Positions 10,295 through 20,207 of a stretch of 64,000 nucleotides of DNA are shown here, piece after piece (the stretch's first letter is position 1; each line of letters begins with the position of its first letter). Made by a program: the position numbers and the translations under genes. The DNA is taken from the sequence record DRR378314_107. The stretch is one strand, 5' to 3'. The notes beneath the pieces were generated by a model. The model was not told the DNA's origin, did no database searches, and saw only the letters and a program-made list of their open reading frames with translations.

Positions 10295-11326
10295 TCAGCC
10301 GTTCTGGTAGAAGCTGGGCGGGTGGCCGGTCCAGCGCCGGAAGGCGCGGGTGAAATTGCTGGGGTCGGCGTAGCCGAGCAGGTCGGCGACTTTCTGCACC
10401 GGCAGGTTGGCCTGCAGGTAGCGCACCGCCCGGGCCATGCGCACCTCTTCCAGCAGGTGCCGGTAGCTGACCCCCACCGCCGCCAGATAGCGCCGCAGGG
10501 TGCGGGAGGTGAGATGGAAGCTGGCCGCCAGCTGATCCAGGCTGGGCAGCATGCCCTCCGCCTGCATCAGCCGGGCACGCACCCGCGAGGCCCAGTCCAG
10601 GTCCGCCTCCAGGCGCTGCAGCTCTTCTTCGCATTTGTGCGCGGCCATGCGCCGGGAGGCCGGGTCGGAGAGCGGAAACGCCACCTTCATCAGCCGTGCC
10701 GGGAAGCGCAGCGCCGCCACTTCACGGCCGAACACCACCGGCATGCCGAGCACTTCGGCGTAACGCTCCGCATGGGGCGGCGGCGCGTAGGGCAGTTCCA
10801 GGGTGGCGTCCTGCAGGCGGTCATCGAGCAAATAGCGCAGCCCGCCCACCAGCGCGGCGGTGACCACTTCCAGATAGGGCTCGCGGATATCGCCCAGGTC
10901 GTAGGGTTCCGCCAGGCAAAACCGGACCCAGCGGCCCTCCAGGCTCAGACGCGGCAGGCACAGGCGGGTGCGGGTGCGAAAATAGCGCTCCAGCAGTTCC
11001 AGCGCCTCGCCCAGGTCGGCGCTGCTGATCGCCGCGTAGCCGAGCAGCCCGTGGGCGGTGACAGTGAGCTGGCGGCCCAGCGCCAGGCCGATGGCCGGGT
11101 CGCCGCTGAGGTCCCGGGCGCCCGCCATGACCCGCTGGAACTGCTCGAAGCGCAGTGCCGGCTCGGCGCTGTACACCTCCGCCTGGGTCAGGCCCACATG
11201 CGCCAGCAGCCGGTCCGTGTCGAGACCGAACTCATGGACCAGCTCCACCAGATTACGGACATAGTTGACCGGAATCGGGGTGCGGTCGCCGGCGAGGCTG
11301 GGGAGATCCGCGATCTGTACGCTCAT
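10295..11326 (-). CDS. AraC-family regulator (OruR-like)
   Basis: C-terminal TSRTLRRYL and VADLLGYADPSNFTRAFRRWTG; N-terminal HGLLGYA. Confidence 0.9.
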   Translation of the reverse strand: MSVQIADLPSLAGDRTPIPVNYVRNLVELVHEFGLDTDRLLAHVGLTQAEVYSAEPALRFEQFQRVMAGARDLSGDPAIGLALGRQLTVTAHGLLGYAAISSADLGEALELLERYFRTRTRLCLPRLSLEGRWVRFCLAEPYDLGDIREPYLEVVTAALVGGLRYLLDDRLQDATLELPYAPPPHAERYAEVLGMPVVFGREVAALRFPARLMKVAFPLSDPASRRMAAHKCEEELQRLEADLDWASRVRARLMQAEGMLPSLDQLAASFHLTSRTLRRYLAAVGVSYRHLLEEVRMARAVRYLQANLPVQKVADLLGYADPSNFTRAFRRWTGHPPSFYQNG

Positions 11327-11355
11327 GGCCAAGAGAATACACCTGTTCGCGGCTT

Positions 11356-11385
11356 TGTCCGAAAATGACAGGTCACTGTCCGGCG
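11356..11385 (+). promoter_or_regulatory. Putative AraC-type operator between araC and the desaturase
   Basis: TGTCCGAAAATGACA (TGTC-N7-GACA) at 11356, with TGTCCG repeated 21 bp later at 11377. Confidence 0.5.
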
Positions 11386-11468
11386 CGGCCCTTCGCCGTC
11401 GACAGGGGCACGGTGAGAATAGCGGCGCTGTGACATCCACCCGTTGCCATTCCCTTCCGGAGGACCCC

Positions 11469-12530
11469 ATGAGCGACACCCGAGGCTACCAGCGCACCTT
11501 CGGCGCCGACGACGCCCGCGCCATTCGCGATGCCATGAAACAGGACCTGGGGCCGTCGGCGTTCCGGGCCCGGCCGTGGCGCGCGATCTGGTTTCTGCCC
11601 ATGAGCCTGGTGATCGTCGGCGGCATCGCCGCGATTCTGAAGCTGGGCCTGCCCTGGTGGGGTAATCTGCTGATCGCCGTGGTGGTGGGCCACACCCTGG
11701 GCTGCCAGGCGCTGCTCGCCCACGAGGTGCTGCACGGCGCCCTGGGCATGAGCCGGCGCCTGCAGAACCTGTTCGGCTGGATCGGCTTCGGCCCGATGAT
11801 GATTCCGCCGGAGTTCTGGCGCCGCTGGCACAACGTGGCCCACCACGCGCACACCAACCTGGGCGACCGGGATCCGGATTCGTTCGGCACCGCCCACCGC
11901 TACAACAAGCACCCCAAGCTGGCCAACTTCACCAAGCTGGCGCCGGGCTCCGGCACCTGGTACAGCTACTTTTTCCTGTTCTATTCCTTCATGTTCCACG
12001 CCCAGCTGGTGCTGTGGATGCAGACCCGCCGCCGCGAGGAATTCAAAGGGTTCGAGCGCAACAAGGCGATTCGCCAGGCGTTGCTGTGCGGCGCCGCCTG
12101 GCTGGTTCTGGCGGTGCTGTCCGGGCCGCTGGCGCTGTTCACGGTGTTGATCCCGCTGATGATGGCCAACGGCCTGGGCCAGGGCTACATTCTCACCAAC
12201 CACATGCTGCGCCCGCAGATGGACAACAACCACCCGGTGGACAACTCCATGAGCGTGCGTCAGCTGCGCTGGCTGGACCCGCTGCATTTCCACTTCAGCC
12301 ACCATGTGGAGCACCACCTGTTTCCGAAGATGGGCTCCGATCAGGCGCCCAAGGTCCGCGCCTGGCTGCAACGGGAAATGCCGGACCGCTATGTTTGCCC
12401 CAGCCACGCCCGGGCGCTGGTCGCGCTGTACCAGACGCCGCGGGTGTATCAGGACGCGCACACGCTGGTGGACCCGCTGGACCGGTCGCGGACCGTGGAT
12501 GTGATGGCGCTGCAGGGCGAGCTGCGCTAG
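11469..12530 (+). CDS. Membrane fatty-acid desaturase family protein
   Basis: His boxes HEVLH, HNVAHH and HHVEHH; transmembrane segments; GGAGG RBS before ATG 11469. Confidence 0.88.
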   Translation: MSDTRGYQRTFGADDARAIRDAMKQDLGPSAFRARPWRAIWFLPMSLVIVGGIAAILKLGLPWWGNLLIAVVVGHTLGCQALLAHEVLHGALGMSRRLQNLFGWIGFGPMMIPPEFWRRWHNVAHHAHTNLGDRDPDSFGTAHRYNKHPKLANFTKLAPGSGTWYSYFFLFYSFMFHAQLVLWMQTRRREEFKGFERNKAIRQALLCGAAWLVLAVLSGPLALFTVLIPLMMANGLGQGYILTNHMLRPQMDNNHPVDNSMSVRQLRWLDPLHFHFSHHVEHHLFPKMGSDQAPKVRAWLQREMPDRYVCPSHARALVALYQTPRVYQDAHTLVDPLDRSRTVDVMALQGELR

Positions 12531-13246
12531 CCGATTTCCGCGTCGGTGAGCGGGCGCCAGGCGCCGGCGGGCAGGTCCGGGTCCAGTTCAATATGGCCCA
12601 CCGCTTCGCGGTGCAGGGCGACCACCCGGTTGCCCACCGCCGCCAGCATCCGTTTGACCTGGTGGTAGCGGCCTTCGCTGATGGTCAGCAGCAGTTCCGT
12701 GTCGCTCAACGCCCGCGCCTCGGCGGGCCGGGTGGGCGCCGGGTCGTCGTGCAGCACCACCCCGTCGCGCAGCCGCGTCAGCTGGGCGTCGTCCAGCGGT
12801 TCGGCGGTGGTCACCCGGTAGCGCTTGGCGCAGTGGTGACGCGGCGACATCAGGCGGTGGGCCCACTGGCCGTCGGTGGTGAGCAGCAACAGACCGGTGG
12901 TGTCCCGGTCCAGGCGGCCGACGATGCGCAGACCACGGCGCTGCTCGGCGGGAATCAGATCGATCACCGTGGGCAGGGCGTCCTCCAGGGCGCACACCCG
13001 GCCGGCCGGTTTGTGCAGCATCAGGTAGCGCTCGCCGGGCAGCGTCAGCACGGCACCGTCGAGCCGCACGCACTCCCCCGGCGCCACGCTGCTGTTGGCC
13101 TTGAGGCCGGTGCGCGGCGCCCCGTCTTCACCGGTCACCGTCACCGCGCCGCCGCGGATCAGCGCCTTGGCCTGCTTGCGGCTGAGGCCGGCGGCGTGGG
13201 CGACGAAGAAATCCAGCCGCGCCGGGCCGGTGGGGGAATCAGCCAA
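12527..13246 (-). CDS. rsuA: RsuA-family pseudouridine synthase
   Basis: S4-like N-terminus, LHKPAG, GRLDRDTTGLLLLT, EGRYHQVKRM. TTG start inferred from AGGAG RBS. Confidence 0.85.
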   Translation of the reverse strand: MADSPTGPARLDFFVAHAAGLSRKQAKALIRGGAVTVTGEDGAPRTGLKANSSVAPGECVRLDGAVLTLPGERYLMLHKPAGRVCALEDALPTVIDLIPAEQRRGLRIVGRLDRDTTGLLLLTTDGQWAHRLMSPRHHCAKRYRVTTAEPLDDAQLTRLRDGVVLHDDPAPTRPAEARALSDTELLLTISEGRYHQVKRMLAAVGNRVVALHREAVGHIELDPDLPAGAWRPLTDAEIG

Positions 13247-13718
13247 GCAGCAAATCTCCTTCGATGGGAATGAAATCATCGGCGGCGCGCATCAGGGCCG
13301 CCGCGGTGAGCGGCGCCACGCCGTAGACTTCCACCTGGCAGCCGTGCCGGGCGCGGATATGGTCGGCGAGAATCGCGAAGTCGCCGTCCCCGGACGCCAG
13401 CACCACCCGGTCCACGCTGGGCGCCTGCTCCATGATATCGATGGTGATGCCCACGTCCCAGTCGCCCTTGGCGGAGCCGTCGGCGCGCTGCAGGAACGGC
13501 TTGAGCTTCACGTTGAAACCGATGGCGCGCAGGATGTTCTGGAACTGACGCTGCTTCTCATCGCCGCGCTCCACCGCGTAAGCGTGGGCGGCCACCACCT
13601 GGCGCCCACCGGTGGCGCGCGCCCAGAGCGCGTTGTAATCCACGTTGCGCTGGTGGGCCTGGCGGGCGGTGTAATACAGGTTCTGCACGTCGGCGAAGAC
13701 GGCCACGGTGGAAGTCAT
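13239..13718 (-). CDS. NYN-domain (LabA/DUF88) PIN-like protein
   Basis: FADVQNLYY, KGDWDV, SGDGDF and ADDFIPI motifs. Confidence 0.88.
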   Translation of the reverse strand: MTSTVAVFADVQNLYYTARQAHQRNVDYNALWARATGGRQVVAAHAYAVERGDEKQRQFQNILRAIGFNVKLKPFLQRADGSAKGDWDVGITIDIMEQAPSVDRVVLASGDGDFAILADHIRARHGCQVEVYGVAPLTAAALMRAADDFIPIEGDLLLG

Positions 13719-14446
13719 GGTCGGCGGAGCTCCTGAACATCGGGCTCGGCGGGGCCCGGCAGACGAATTTCGTCGGCGCCGAGGGCGCGATACTGCCCCG
13801 GTGCGAGCGAGGGGTCCAGCCGTATCGGGCCGATCCGTTCCCGGTGCAGGGCCACCACCCGGTTGTCGAAGTGCCCGAACAGGCGCTTGATCTGGTGATA
13901 GAGCCCTTCGTACAGCGTCACCCGCGCCTCGCGCGGCGCCAGGATCTCCAGGCCGGCCGGGCGGGTGGTGCGGTCTTCATAGGGGAAATAGAGCCCGCGC
14001 TCGAACACGGCGGCGTAGTCCGGCGTGATCGGGTCCTCGGTGCGCACCCGGTAAACCTTCGGCAGTTTGTGGCGCGGGTCGCTGAGACGCCGCGACCAGC
14101 GCCCGTCATTGGTGAGCAGTATCAGTCCGGTGCTGTTGAAATCGAGCCGCCCGGCCAGATGCAGGTCGGTGGCGTCGGCGGGGTCCAGGCAGTCCAGCAC
14201 CGTGCGATGGTGGCGGTCGCGGGTGGCGCTCACGCAGCCGGCCGGTTTGTGCAGCATCCAGTAGGCGGCGCGGCGCACGGTGAAGGGTTCGCCGTCCAAC
14301 GCCACCGGCGTGAAAGGCCCCACTTCGTGGCGACCGTCCTGGATCACCCGCCCGTCCACGGTGACGCGGCCGGCGGCCAGCAACAGCCGCACGCCGCGCC
14401 GTCCCAGCCTTTTCCGCTGCCCCAGAAAGCGGTCCAGTCTCATCAA
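13715..14446 (-). CDS. Second RsuA-family pseudouridine synthase
   Basis: MRLDRFL, LHKPAG, GRLDFNSTGLILLT, EGLYHQIKRLF. Confidence 0.88.
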   Translation of the reverse strand: MMRLDRFLGQRKRLGRRGVRLLLAAGRVTVDGRVIQDGRHEVGPFTPVALDGEPFTVRRAAYWMLHKPAGCVSATRDRHHRTVLDCLDPADATDLHLAGRLDFNSTGLILLTNDGRWSRRLSDPRHKLPKVYRVRTEDPITPDYAAVFERGLYFPYEDRTTRPAGLEILAPREARVTLYEGLYHQIKRLFGHFDNRVVALHRERIGPIRLDPSLAPGQYRALGADEIRLPGPAEPDVQELRRP

Positions 14447-14517
14447 TCACGGCTCCTAAAGGGTGCGCTCCGGCTGCTATGATACGCGCTTCGTCCATCA
14501 GCCCCGCCGGAGTATCG

Positions 14518-16539
14518 ATGTCGTCTCTCAACCCCCGCCAACAGGAAGCGGTGCTCTACACCGACGGCCCCCTGCTGGTGCTCGCGGGGGCGGGTTCGGG
14601 CAAGACCAGCGTGATCACCCGCAAAATCGCCTGGTTGATCGCCGAGAAAGGCGTGCCCTCCGGCCGCATCGCCGCGGTCACCTTCACCAACAAGGCGGCG
14701 CGGGAAATGAAGGAGCGGGTGCAGAGCCTCACCGAACGCGGCTCCACCCGGGGGCTGATCGTTTCCACCTTCCACAACCTGGGCCTGCGCATTCTCAAGC
14801 AGGAGCTGGCGGCCAGCGGCCTGCGGCGCGGCTTCTCCATTCTCGACCAGACCGACAGCAAGGAGATTCTCAAGGAAATCCTGCGTCAGGGCGAATCGGA
14901 GAAAGACCTGGCGGCGGTGGACGCGGTGCAGAAGCGCATCTCCGACTGGAAGAACGAACTGATCCTGCCCGAGGAGGCGGTCAGCCACGCCGACAGCGAC
15001 GACGCCCTGCGCGCCGCCATGGCCTATCAGGGCTACAACCGCATGCTGCGCGCCTGCAACGCGGTGGACTTCGACGACCTGATCCTGATGCCGGCGCAGC
15101 TGTTCCGCGAGCAGCCGCGCATTCTGGAGAAATGGCGCCATCGCATTCAGTACCTGCTGGTGGACGAGTACCAGGACACCAACGGCGCCCAGTACGAACT
15201 GGTGCGCATGCTCACCCACCCGGAGGGGCGCTTCACGGTGGTGGGCGACGACGACCAGTCGATCTACGCCTGGCGCGGTGCGCGGCCGGAAAACCTGGCC
15301 AAGCTGCAGGAAGACTGGCCGGACCTGAAAGTGGTCAAGCTGGAGCAGAACTACCGCTCCACCGGTCGCATTCTGAAGGCCGCCAACACGGTGATCGCCA
15401 ACAACCCCCACGTGTTCGAGAAGAGCCTGTGGTCCGATTACGGCTACGGCGAGGCGATCCGCATCGCGGCGCTGCGCGACGAGGACGCCGAGACCGACTG
15501 GATTGCCGGGGACATCTTCCACCGGCGCCTGCAGCGCGGCCTGCACTGGAAGGACTTCGCGGTGCTCTACCGGGGCAATTTCCAGTCACGGATTCTGGAG
15601 ATGAAGCTGCAGGCACTGCAGATTCCCTACAAGGTGTCCGGCGGCACCGGCTTTTTCTCGCGGGGCGAGATCAAGGACCTGATGTGCTACCTGCGCCTGC
15701 TGGTCAACCCGGACGACGACAACGCCTTCCTGCGCGTGATCAACACGCCGCGCCGGGAGATCGGCCCGGCCACCCTGGAGAAGCTGGCCGGCTGGGCCGC
15801 CCAGCGGGACCAGGGCCTCTACCATGTGTGCGACGACTTCGCCCTGGGCGAGGTGATGGCCGGGAAAGCCGCGGACAAGCTGCGCGCCTTCAAGACCTGG
15901 CTGGATGAAAAGCGCCGCGCCTGCTTCGGCCATAACAGCCTGCAGGCGGTGAACGAACTGATCACCGAGATGGATTACGAGAGCTGGGTGATGCAGAACG
16001 CCTCCAGCCCGCGCATCGGTGAGAAGCGCATGGAGAACGTCTGGCAACTGGTGCGCAATATCCAGCGCATGCTGGAAAAACAGGAAGACGACGAGGAAGG
16101 CGCCTCCGACCTGGAAGCGGTGATCAGCAAACTGGTGCTGATGGACATGCTGGAACAGCAGGACGAGGAAGACGATTCGGACCGGGTGCAACTGATGACC
16201 CTGCACGCCTCCAAGGGCCTGGAGTTCCCCCACGTCTACATGATGGGCGTGGAGGAGGAACTGCTGCCGCACCGCACCAGCATCGAGGAGGACAACATCG
16301 TCGAGGAGCGCCGCCTGATGTACGTGGGCATCACCCGCGCCCGCGAAAGCCTGGCGATCACCCAGGCGCTGACCCGCAAACAGTACGGTGAGAAAGTGGA
16401 CACCCTGGCCAGCCGCTTCCTGGAAGAGCTGCCGCTGGACGACCTTCAGTATATCGGCGAGGGGTTCAAGAAAGACGAGGAACAGGAAGATCAGGTGGCC
16501 CAGGCCAGCATCGCCAACCTGAAGGCGTTGCTGGACTAG
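14518..16539 (+). CDS. rep: ATP-dependent DNA helicase Rep
   Basis: LAGAGSGKT, VDEYQDTN, VGDDDQSIYAWRGA, KLEQNYRST, TLHASKGLEF, EERRLMYVGITRA; 673 aa. Confidence 0.93.
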   Translation: MSSLNPRQQEAVLYTDGPLLVLAGAGSGKTSVITRKIAWLIAEKGVPSGRIAAVTFTNKAAREMKERVQSLTERGSTRGLIVSTFHNLGLRILKQELAASGLRRGFSILDQTDSKEILKEILRQGESEKDLAAVDAVQKRISDWKNELILPEEAVSHADSDDALRAAMAYQGYNRMLRACNAVDFDDLILMPAQLFREQPRILEKWRHRIQYLLVDEYQDTNGAQYELVRMLTHPEGRFTVVGDDDQSIYAWRGARPENLAKLQEDWPDLKVVKLEQNYRSTGRILKAANTVIANNPHVFEKSLWSDYGYGEAIRIAALRDEDAETDWIAGDIFHRRLQRGLHWKDFAVLYRGNFQSRILEMKLQALQIPYKVSGGTGFFSRGEIKDLMCYLRLLVNPDDDNAFLRVINTPRREIGPATLEKLAGWAAQRDQGLYHVCDDFALGEVMAGKAADKLRAFKTWLDEKRRACFGHNSLQAVNELITEMDYESWVMQNASSPRIGEKRMENVWQLVRNIQRMLEKQEDDEEGASDLEAVISKLVLMDMLEQQDEEDDSDRVQLMTLHASKGLEFPHVYMMGVEEELLPHRTSIEEDNIVEERRLMYVGITRARESLAITQALTRKQYGEKVDTLASRFLEELPLDDLQYIGEGFKKDEEQEDQVAQASIANLKALLD

Positions 16540-16556
16540 AACCGGGGCGCCGGGGA

Positions 16557-16991
16557 CTATTTGGCGCCGCTTTCCTTGAGCATGTACAGCACCGTGGCTT
16601 CGATCTCTTCATCGCTGCAGTCGAAGCAGGTACCGCGCGGCGGCATGCCGTTCTGACCTTCGATGGCGATCTTCACCAGCGTCGGGAAGCCTTCTTCCTC
16701 GATCTCTTCGGACCAGATCAGACGGTGCTCCGGGCCCACCATGGGGGCGCCGGCCATGCCGGTGCCGTGGCAGTTGACGCAGTACCGACCGTAGATTCCG
16801 GCGGGCTCACGGGCGGCGGTGTCACCCCCTTCCGCGGCCGGCTTATCGGCGCTGGGCGCGGCGGCCCGCGGCTCAGCGGCCTCGGACGCGGCAGCGCCCG
16901 ACGCAGCGGCGGGACCGTCCGCGTCGCCGCAGCCGGCGAGCGTCAACGAGGCCAGCAACCCGCCGAGGAGGGCGGGCCCGAACCGCCGCAC
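16557..16991 (-). CDS. Cytochrome c5-family lipoprotein
   Basis: Lipobox LAGC, CVNCH, MPPRGTCFDCS. Confidence 0.85.
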   Translation of the reverse strand: MRRFGPALLGGLLASLTLAGCGDADGPAAASGAAASEAAEPRAAAPSADKPAAEGGDTAAREPAGIYGRYCVNCHGTGMAGAPMVGPEHRLIWSEEIEEEGFPTLVKIAIEGQNGMPPRGTCFDCSDEEIEATVLYMLKESGAK

Positions 16992-17452
16992 TACTGGCTC
17001 TTGTCCACGATGTATTCAACGGCGGCGGCGATTTCCTCTTCGGAACAGTCGCTGCACATACCTTTGGCCGGCATGGCGTTGAAACCTTCGTAGGCGTGCT
17101 TGACCAGAGTGTCCATGCCTTTGTCGATGCGCGAGGCCCAGGCACCGGCGTCGCCGGTCTTGGGCGCACCGGCGGCCCCGGAGTCGTGGCAGGCGGCGCA
17201 GCCGCTGCTGTAGACGGTGGCGCCGTCGCGCGGCTCACCGGAGGCGGCATCGCCGGCATCGGCCATCTGGCTGCCGCAGTCCTCGCCTTCCACGCAGACG
17301 CTGCCCACCGGCTTGAGACGCTCGGCGGTGGCGCGGTCGCTGAGAATAGAGCGCTCACCCAGGGGATAAGAAGACTTCTCCGCCGCCAGCGCGGCGTTGC
17401 CGGCGAAAACGGTGGCGAGAAGGACCAGGCTGGCGGTCAGCATTTTATTCAC
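16991..17452 (-). CDS. Cytochrome c5
   Basis: Signal peptide, RLKPVGSVC, CAACH, GAPK, MPAKGMCSDCS. GTG start 17452 inferred. Confidence 0.9.
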   Translation of the reverse strand: MNKMLTASLVLLATVFAGNAALAAEKSSYPLGERSILSDRATAERLKPVGSVCVEGEDCGSQMADAGDAASGEPRDGATVYSSGCAACHDSGAAGAPKTGDAGAWASRIDKGMDTLVKHAYEGFNAMPAKGMCSDCSEEEIAAAVEYIVDKSQ

Positions 17453-17603
17453 TATGACACCTCTGATAGCTATGACTTGCCCCGGGGGCGGTGGAATTAT
17501 ACCCGCAGAAAACACCGGGAAAAAGGCGCCATCGACGCCTATCGCGGAATCAGCTTAGCGCGGAGCGCTCACGGCGCCGTGAAAAGCGCCCGGGGAGCGC
17601 GGC

Positions 17604-20201
17604 CTAGAGGCCGCCCACATCGATGCGCGGCAGCGCCAGACGGAAGCAGCTGCCTTCGTTCGGAACGCTCTCCACATGGATGGTGCCGCCGTGGCGCTCG
17701 GTCACCACCTTGACGAAACGAAGGCCCAGACCGGCGCCGCGGGTGCGCGCCCCGCCGCTGGTGCTGGCGCGGCTGAAGCGTTCGAACAGCTTGTCCTGGA
17801 ACGCTTCCGGAATACCCACGCCCTGGTCGCGCACGTCACAGCACACCTGGCCGCCTTCGGCATAGAGACGCACCAGCACCTTGCCGTTTTCGTGGCTGTA
17901 TTTCACCGCGTTGGTGAGCAGGTTGACCACCAGACGCTCAAGCAGCTCGTTGTTGCCGCGCACCCAGACATCCTGCTCCTGGTCGTAGTCAAAACGCAGG
18001 GTGATGCCCCGGCTCTGAGCCTGGATCTGCACCTGGTCGATGGCGGACTCGACCACGTCGAGCATGTCCTGCTCCACCATCTCCACGGATTCTTCCGCCT
18101 CGACCCGCGCCAATTGCAGGAACTGCTCGGCGATATTCAGGTTGCGCTGGGCGTAGTGCTCCACGTTGTCGAGGAAGTCCCGCAGCCGTTCGCCGTCCTC
18201 GCCATGGCGCATCCTGCCGATCAGCGCCAGCACCGAGACCATCGGCGAGCGCAAATCGTGGGACAGGAAATCGAGCATCTCGGTGCGGGTGCGCATGGCC
18301 TGCTTGACGTCGGAAATATCCTTGAGGCTGACGATCAGCATGCGCCCGGGCTGATCGCCGGCGTGCACCAGAATCATGTCCAGGTAGAGATCCATGCCGC
18401 GCCGGTTGCGGCACTCTTTCTGCACCCGGCCGTCGGCGAGCACCTCCTGCAGCAGCCCCATCCAGTCGCGGTCGCCGTGGAATTCCAGTTCGCGGCCGAT
18501 ATCCGCCAGCCCCAGGGTGTCCTGGCCGACGCCTTCCAGGCTGAGCAGGTAGGCCGCCTGGGGGTTGATGAAGACCACCCCCCCGCAGGCGTCGCAGATC
18601 AGCACGCCCTCGCTCATCTGCGCCAGCCCGACCTGGAAAAAGCGGGTCAGCGCCTGCTGACGCTGCTCCTCGGAGCGCAACCGTTCGATGTGCTTTTCGA
18701 TCACCTCGTAGCGGGGCCCGCCGCTGGGGCGGCGCGCCTCGGTGCGGGCCAGCATGGCGCGGATCCAGTAATCGTAGGTGTCCGCGTCGAGCCCCTGGCG
18801 CCAGGCCACCCACAGCTCGTAACGCTTGCCCTCGTGGCGGAACGGGTAGCGGCGCGCCAGCTGGCCGCGCCAGTCCACCGGCGCCAGCGCCTCGCCGCCG
18901 GAGACCGGGGCGCCGCCCTGGGTCTGCAGGCGCCAGGCGCGCACCGGCAGCACCTGGTCGAGCATTCTCAGCATGCGCGACATCGGTGCCGGCTCGGTCA
19001 AACGGCGGTTGAGGTCGCTGTACTCGGCCAGCCGCGCCAGGGCGTTGCGCATGTAGGCCATGGAGTATTCCAGACGCCGCCAGGTCCACAGCGGATAGGC
19101 GACAATGGCCGAAAGCAGCGCCGCCGCCGGCGGAAACCAGAGATTGAACAGCGCCAGCAGGCCGTAGCAGACCGCCACGGTCAAGGCCAGAGAGGCCATC
19201 ACCAGGGGGATGCTCCAGCGCGGCAGCACGAAGGGCAGCAGGAACGGCGCCAGCAGCGCCAGCAACAGGCTGACGAACAGGGCCGGCACCGTGTCCAGCC
19301 GCTCGATCAGCTGATGACGGCGCAGCGCATCGAAGATATTGGCGTTGATTTCCACGCCCGCCATCAGCTCGCCCTGGCCGGCCATGGGGGTCGGCAGCAT
19401 GTCGCCGAGCCCCGCGGCGGTGGCGCCGATGAACACGAACTGGTCCTTCACCAGCTGGTCGGGCACCCGGCCTTCAAGCAGGTCCACCGCCGACACCTGG
19501 GGGTAGGTGCCGGCGCCGCCGGCGAACGGAATGTAGCGGGGGTACTTGCGCACATTGGCGAGACCGGCGAAAGCGCCTTCGTCCCCCGCCGGGTAGAGAT
19601 CCGTGGAGATCAGGCCCTCGCCTTCCAGCAAGGCCTGGGTGATATGCGGCCACCAGGGCTGGCCGATGCCCGAGCGCATGAACACCGAGCGGGCCACACC
19701 GTCGCCGTCCAGCTCCAGGTCCACATGGCCCAGCCCCTTGGCGGCGCGGGCGAACTCGGCGTGGGGCAGCACCTCGATCAACTGGCCGCCGGAGCGCAGT
19801 TGCTCCACGTGCACCGGCAAATAGACGTGTCCGGCGGCGCGGATCGCCTCCGCCAGCGCCTGGTCGGACTCGGGCCGGCTGCGATCCGGCTCCGACAGAA
19901 TCAGATCCATCAGCACCGCGCGGGCGCCCTGCTCTTCCAGCTGGTTGATGACCTGCGCATGGATGCGCCGGTCCCACGGCCAGCGGCCCACCTCGCGAAG
20001 GCTGTATTCATCGATGCCGACGATCAGCACGTCGCCGGACGGCTCCATGGGCAGCCACTGCATGAGGCTGTCGTAGACGTAGCGGTTGAAGAACGACAAG
20101 CCACCGCTGATCGAGAGCAATACGCAGAGCCCGGCGACCACCAGAAGCACGGACAGGTGTTCCACCAGGTAGCGTCGTTGCTCGGAGCCGAGTTTCGCCA
20201 T
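17604..20201 (-). CDS. CHASE2-PAS sensor histidine kinase
   Basis: IDEYSL..GRWPWDR and GVEINA (CHASE2), 3 TM helices, H-box SHDLRSP, NLLTNAVKYS, DQGVGI, GAGLGL. Confidence 0.92.
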   Translation of the reverse strand: MAKLGSEQRRYLVEHLSVLLVVAGLCVLLSISGGLSFFNRYVYDSLMQWLPMEPSGDVLIVGIDEYSLREVGRWPWDRRIHAQVINQLEEQGARAVLMDLILSEPDRSRPESDQALAEAIRAAGHVYLPVHVEQLRSGGQLIEVLPHAEFARAAKGLGHVDLELDGDGVARSVFMRSGIGQPWWPHITQALLEGEGLISTDLYPAGDEGAFAGLANVRKYPRYIPFAGGAGTYPQVSAVDLLEGRVPDQLVKDQFVFIGATAAGLGDMLPTPMAGQGELMAGVEINANIFDALRRHQLIERLDTVPALFVSLLLALLAPFLLPFVLPRWSIPLVMASLALTVAVCYGLLALFNLWFPPAAALLSAIVAYPLWTWRRLEYSMAYMRNALARLAEYSDLNRRLTEPAPMSRMLRMLDQVLPVRAWRLQTQGGAPVSGGEALAPVDWRGQLARRYPFRHEGKRYELWVAWRQGLDADTYDYWIRAMLARTEARRPSGGPRYEVIEKHIERLRSEEQRQQALTRFFQVGLAQMSEGVLICDACGGVVFINPQAAYLLSLEGVGQDTLGLADIGRELEFHGDRDWMGLLQEVLADGRVQKECRNRRGMDLYLDMILVHAGDQPGRMLIVSLKDISDVKQAMRTRTEMLDFLSHDLRSPMVSVLALIGRMRHGEDGERLRDFLDNVEHYAQRNLNIAEQFLQLARVEAEESVEMVEQDMLDVVESAIDQVQIQAQSRGITLRFDYDQEQDVWVRGNNELLERLVVNLLTNAVKYSHENGKVLVRLYAEGGQVCCDVRDQGVGIPEAFQDKLFERFSRASTSGGARTRGAGLGLRFVKVVTERHGGTIHVESVPNEGSCFRLALPRIDVGGL

Positions 20202-20207
20202 GAAATC

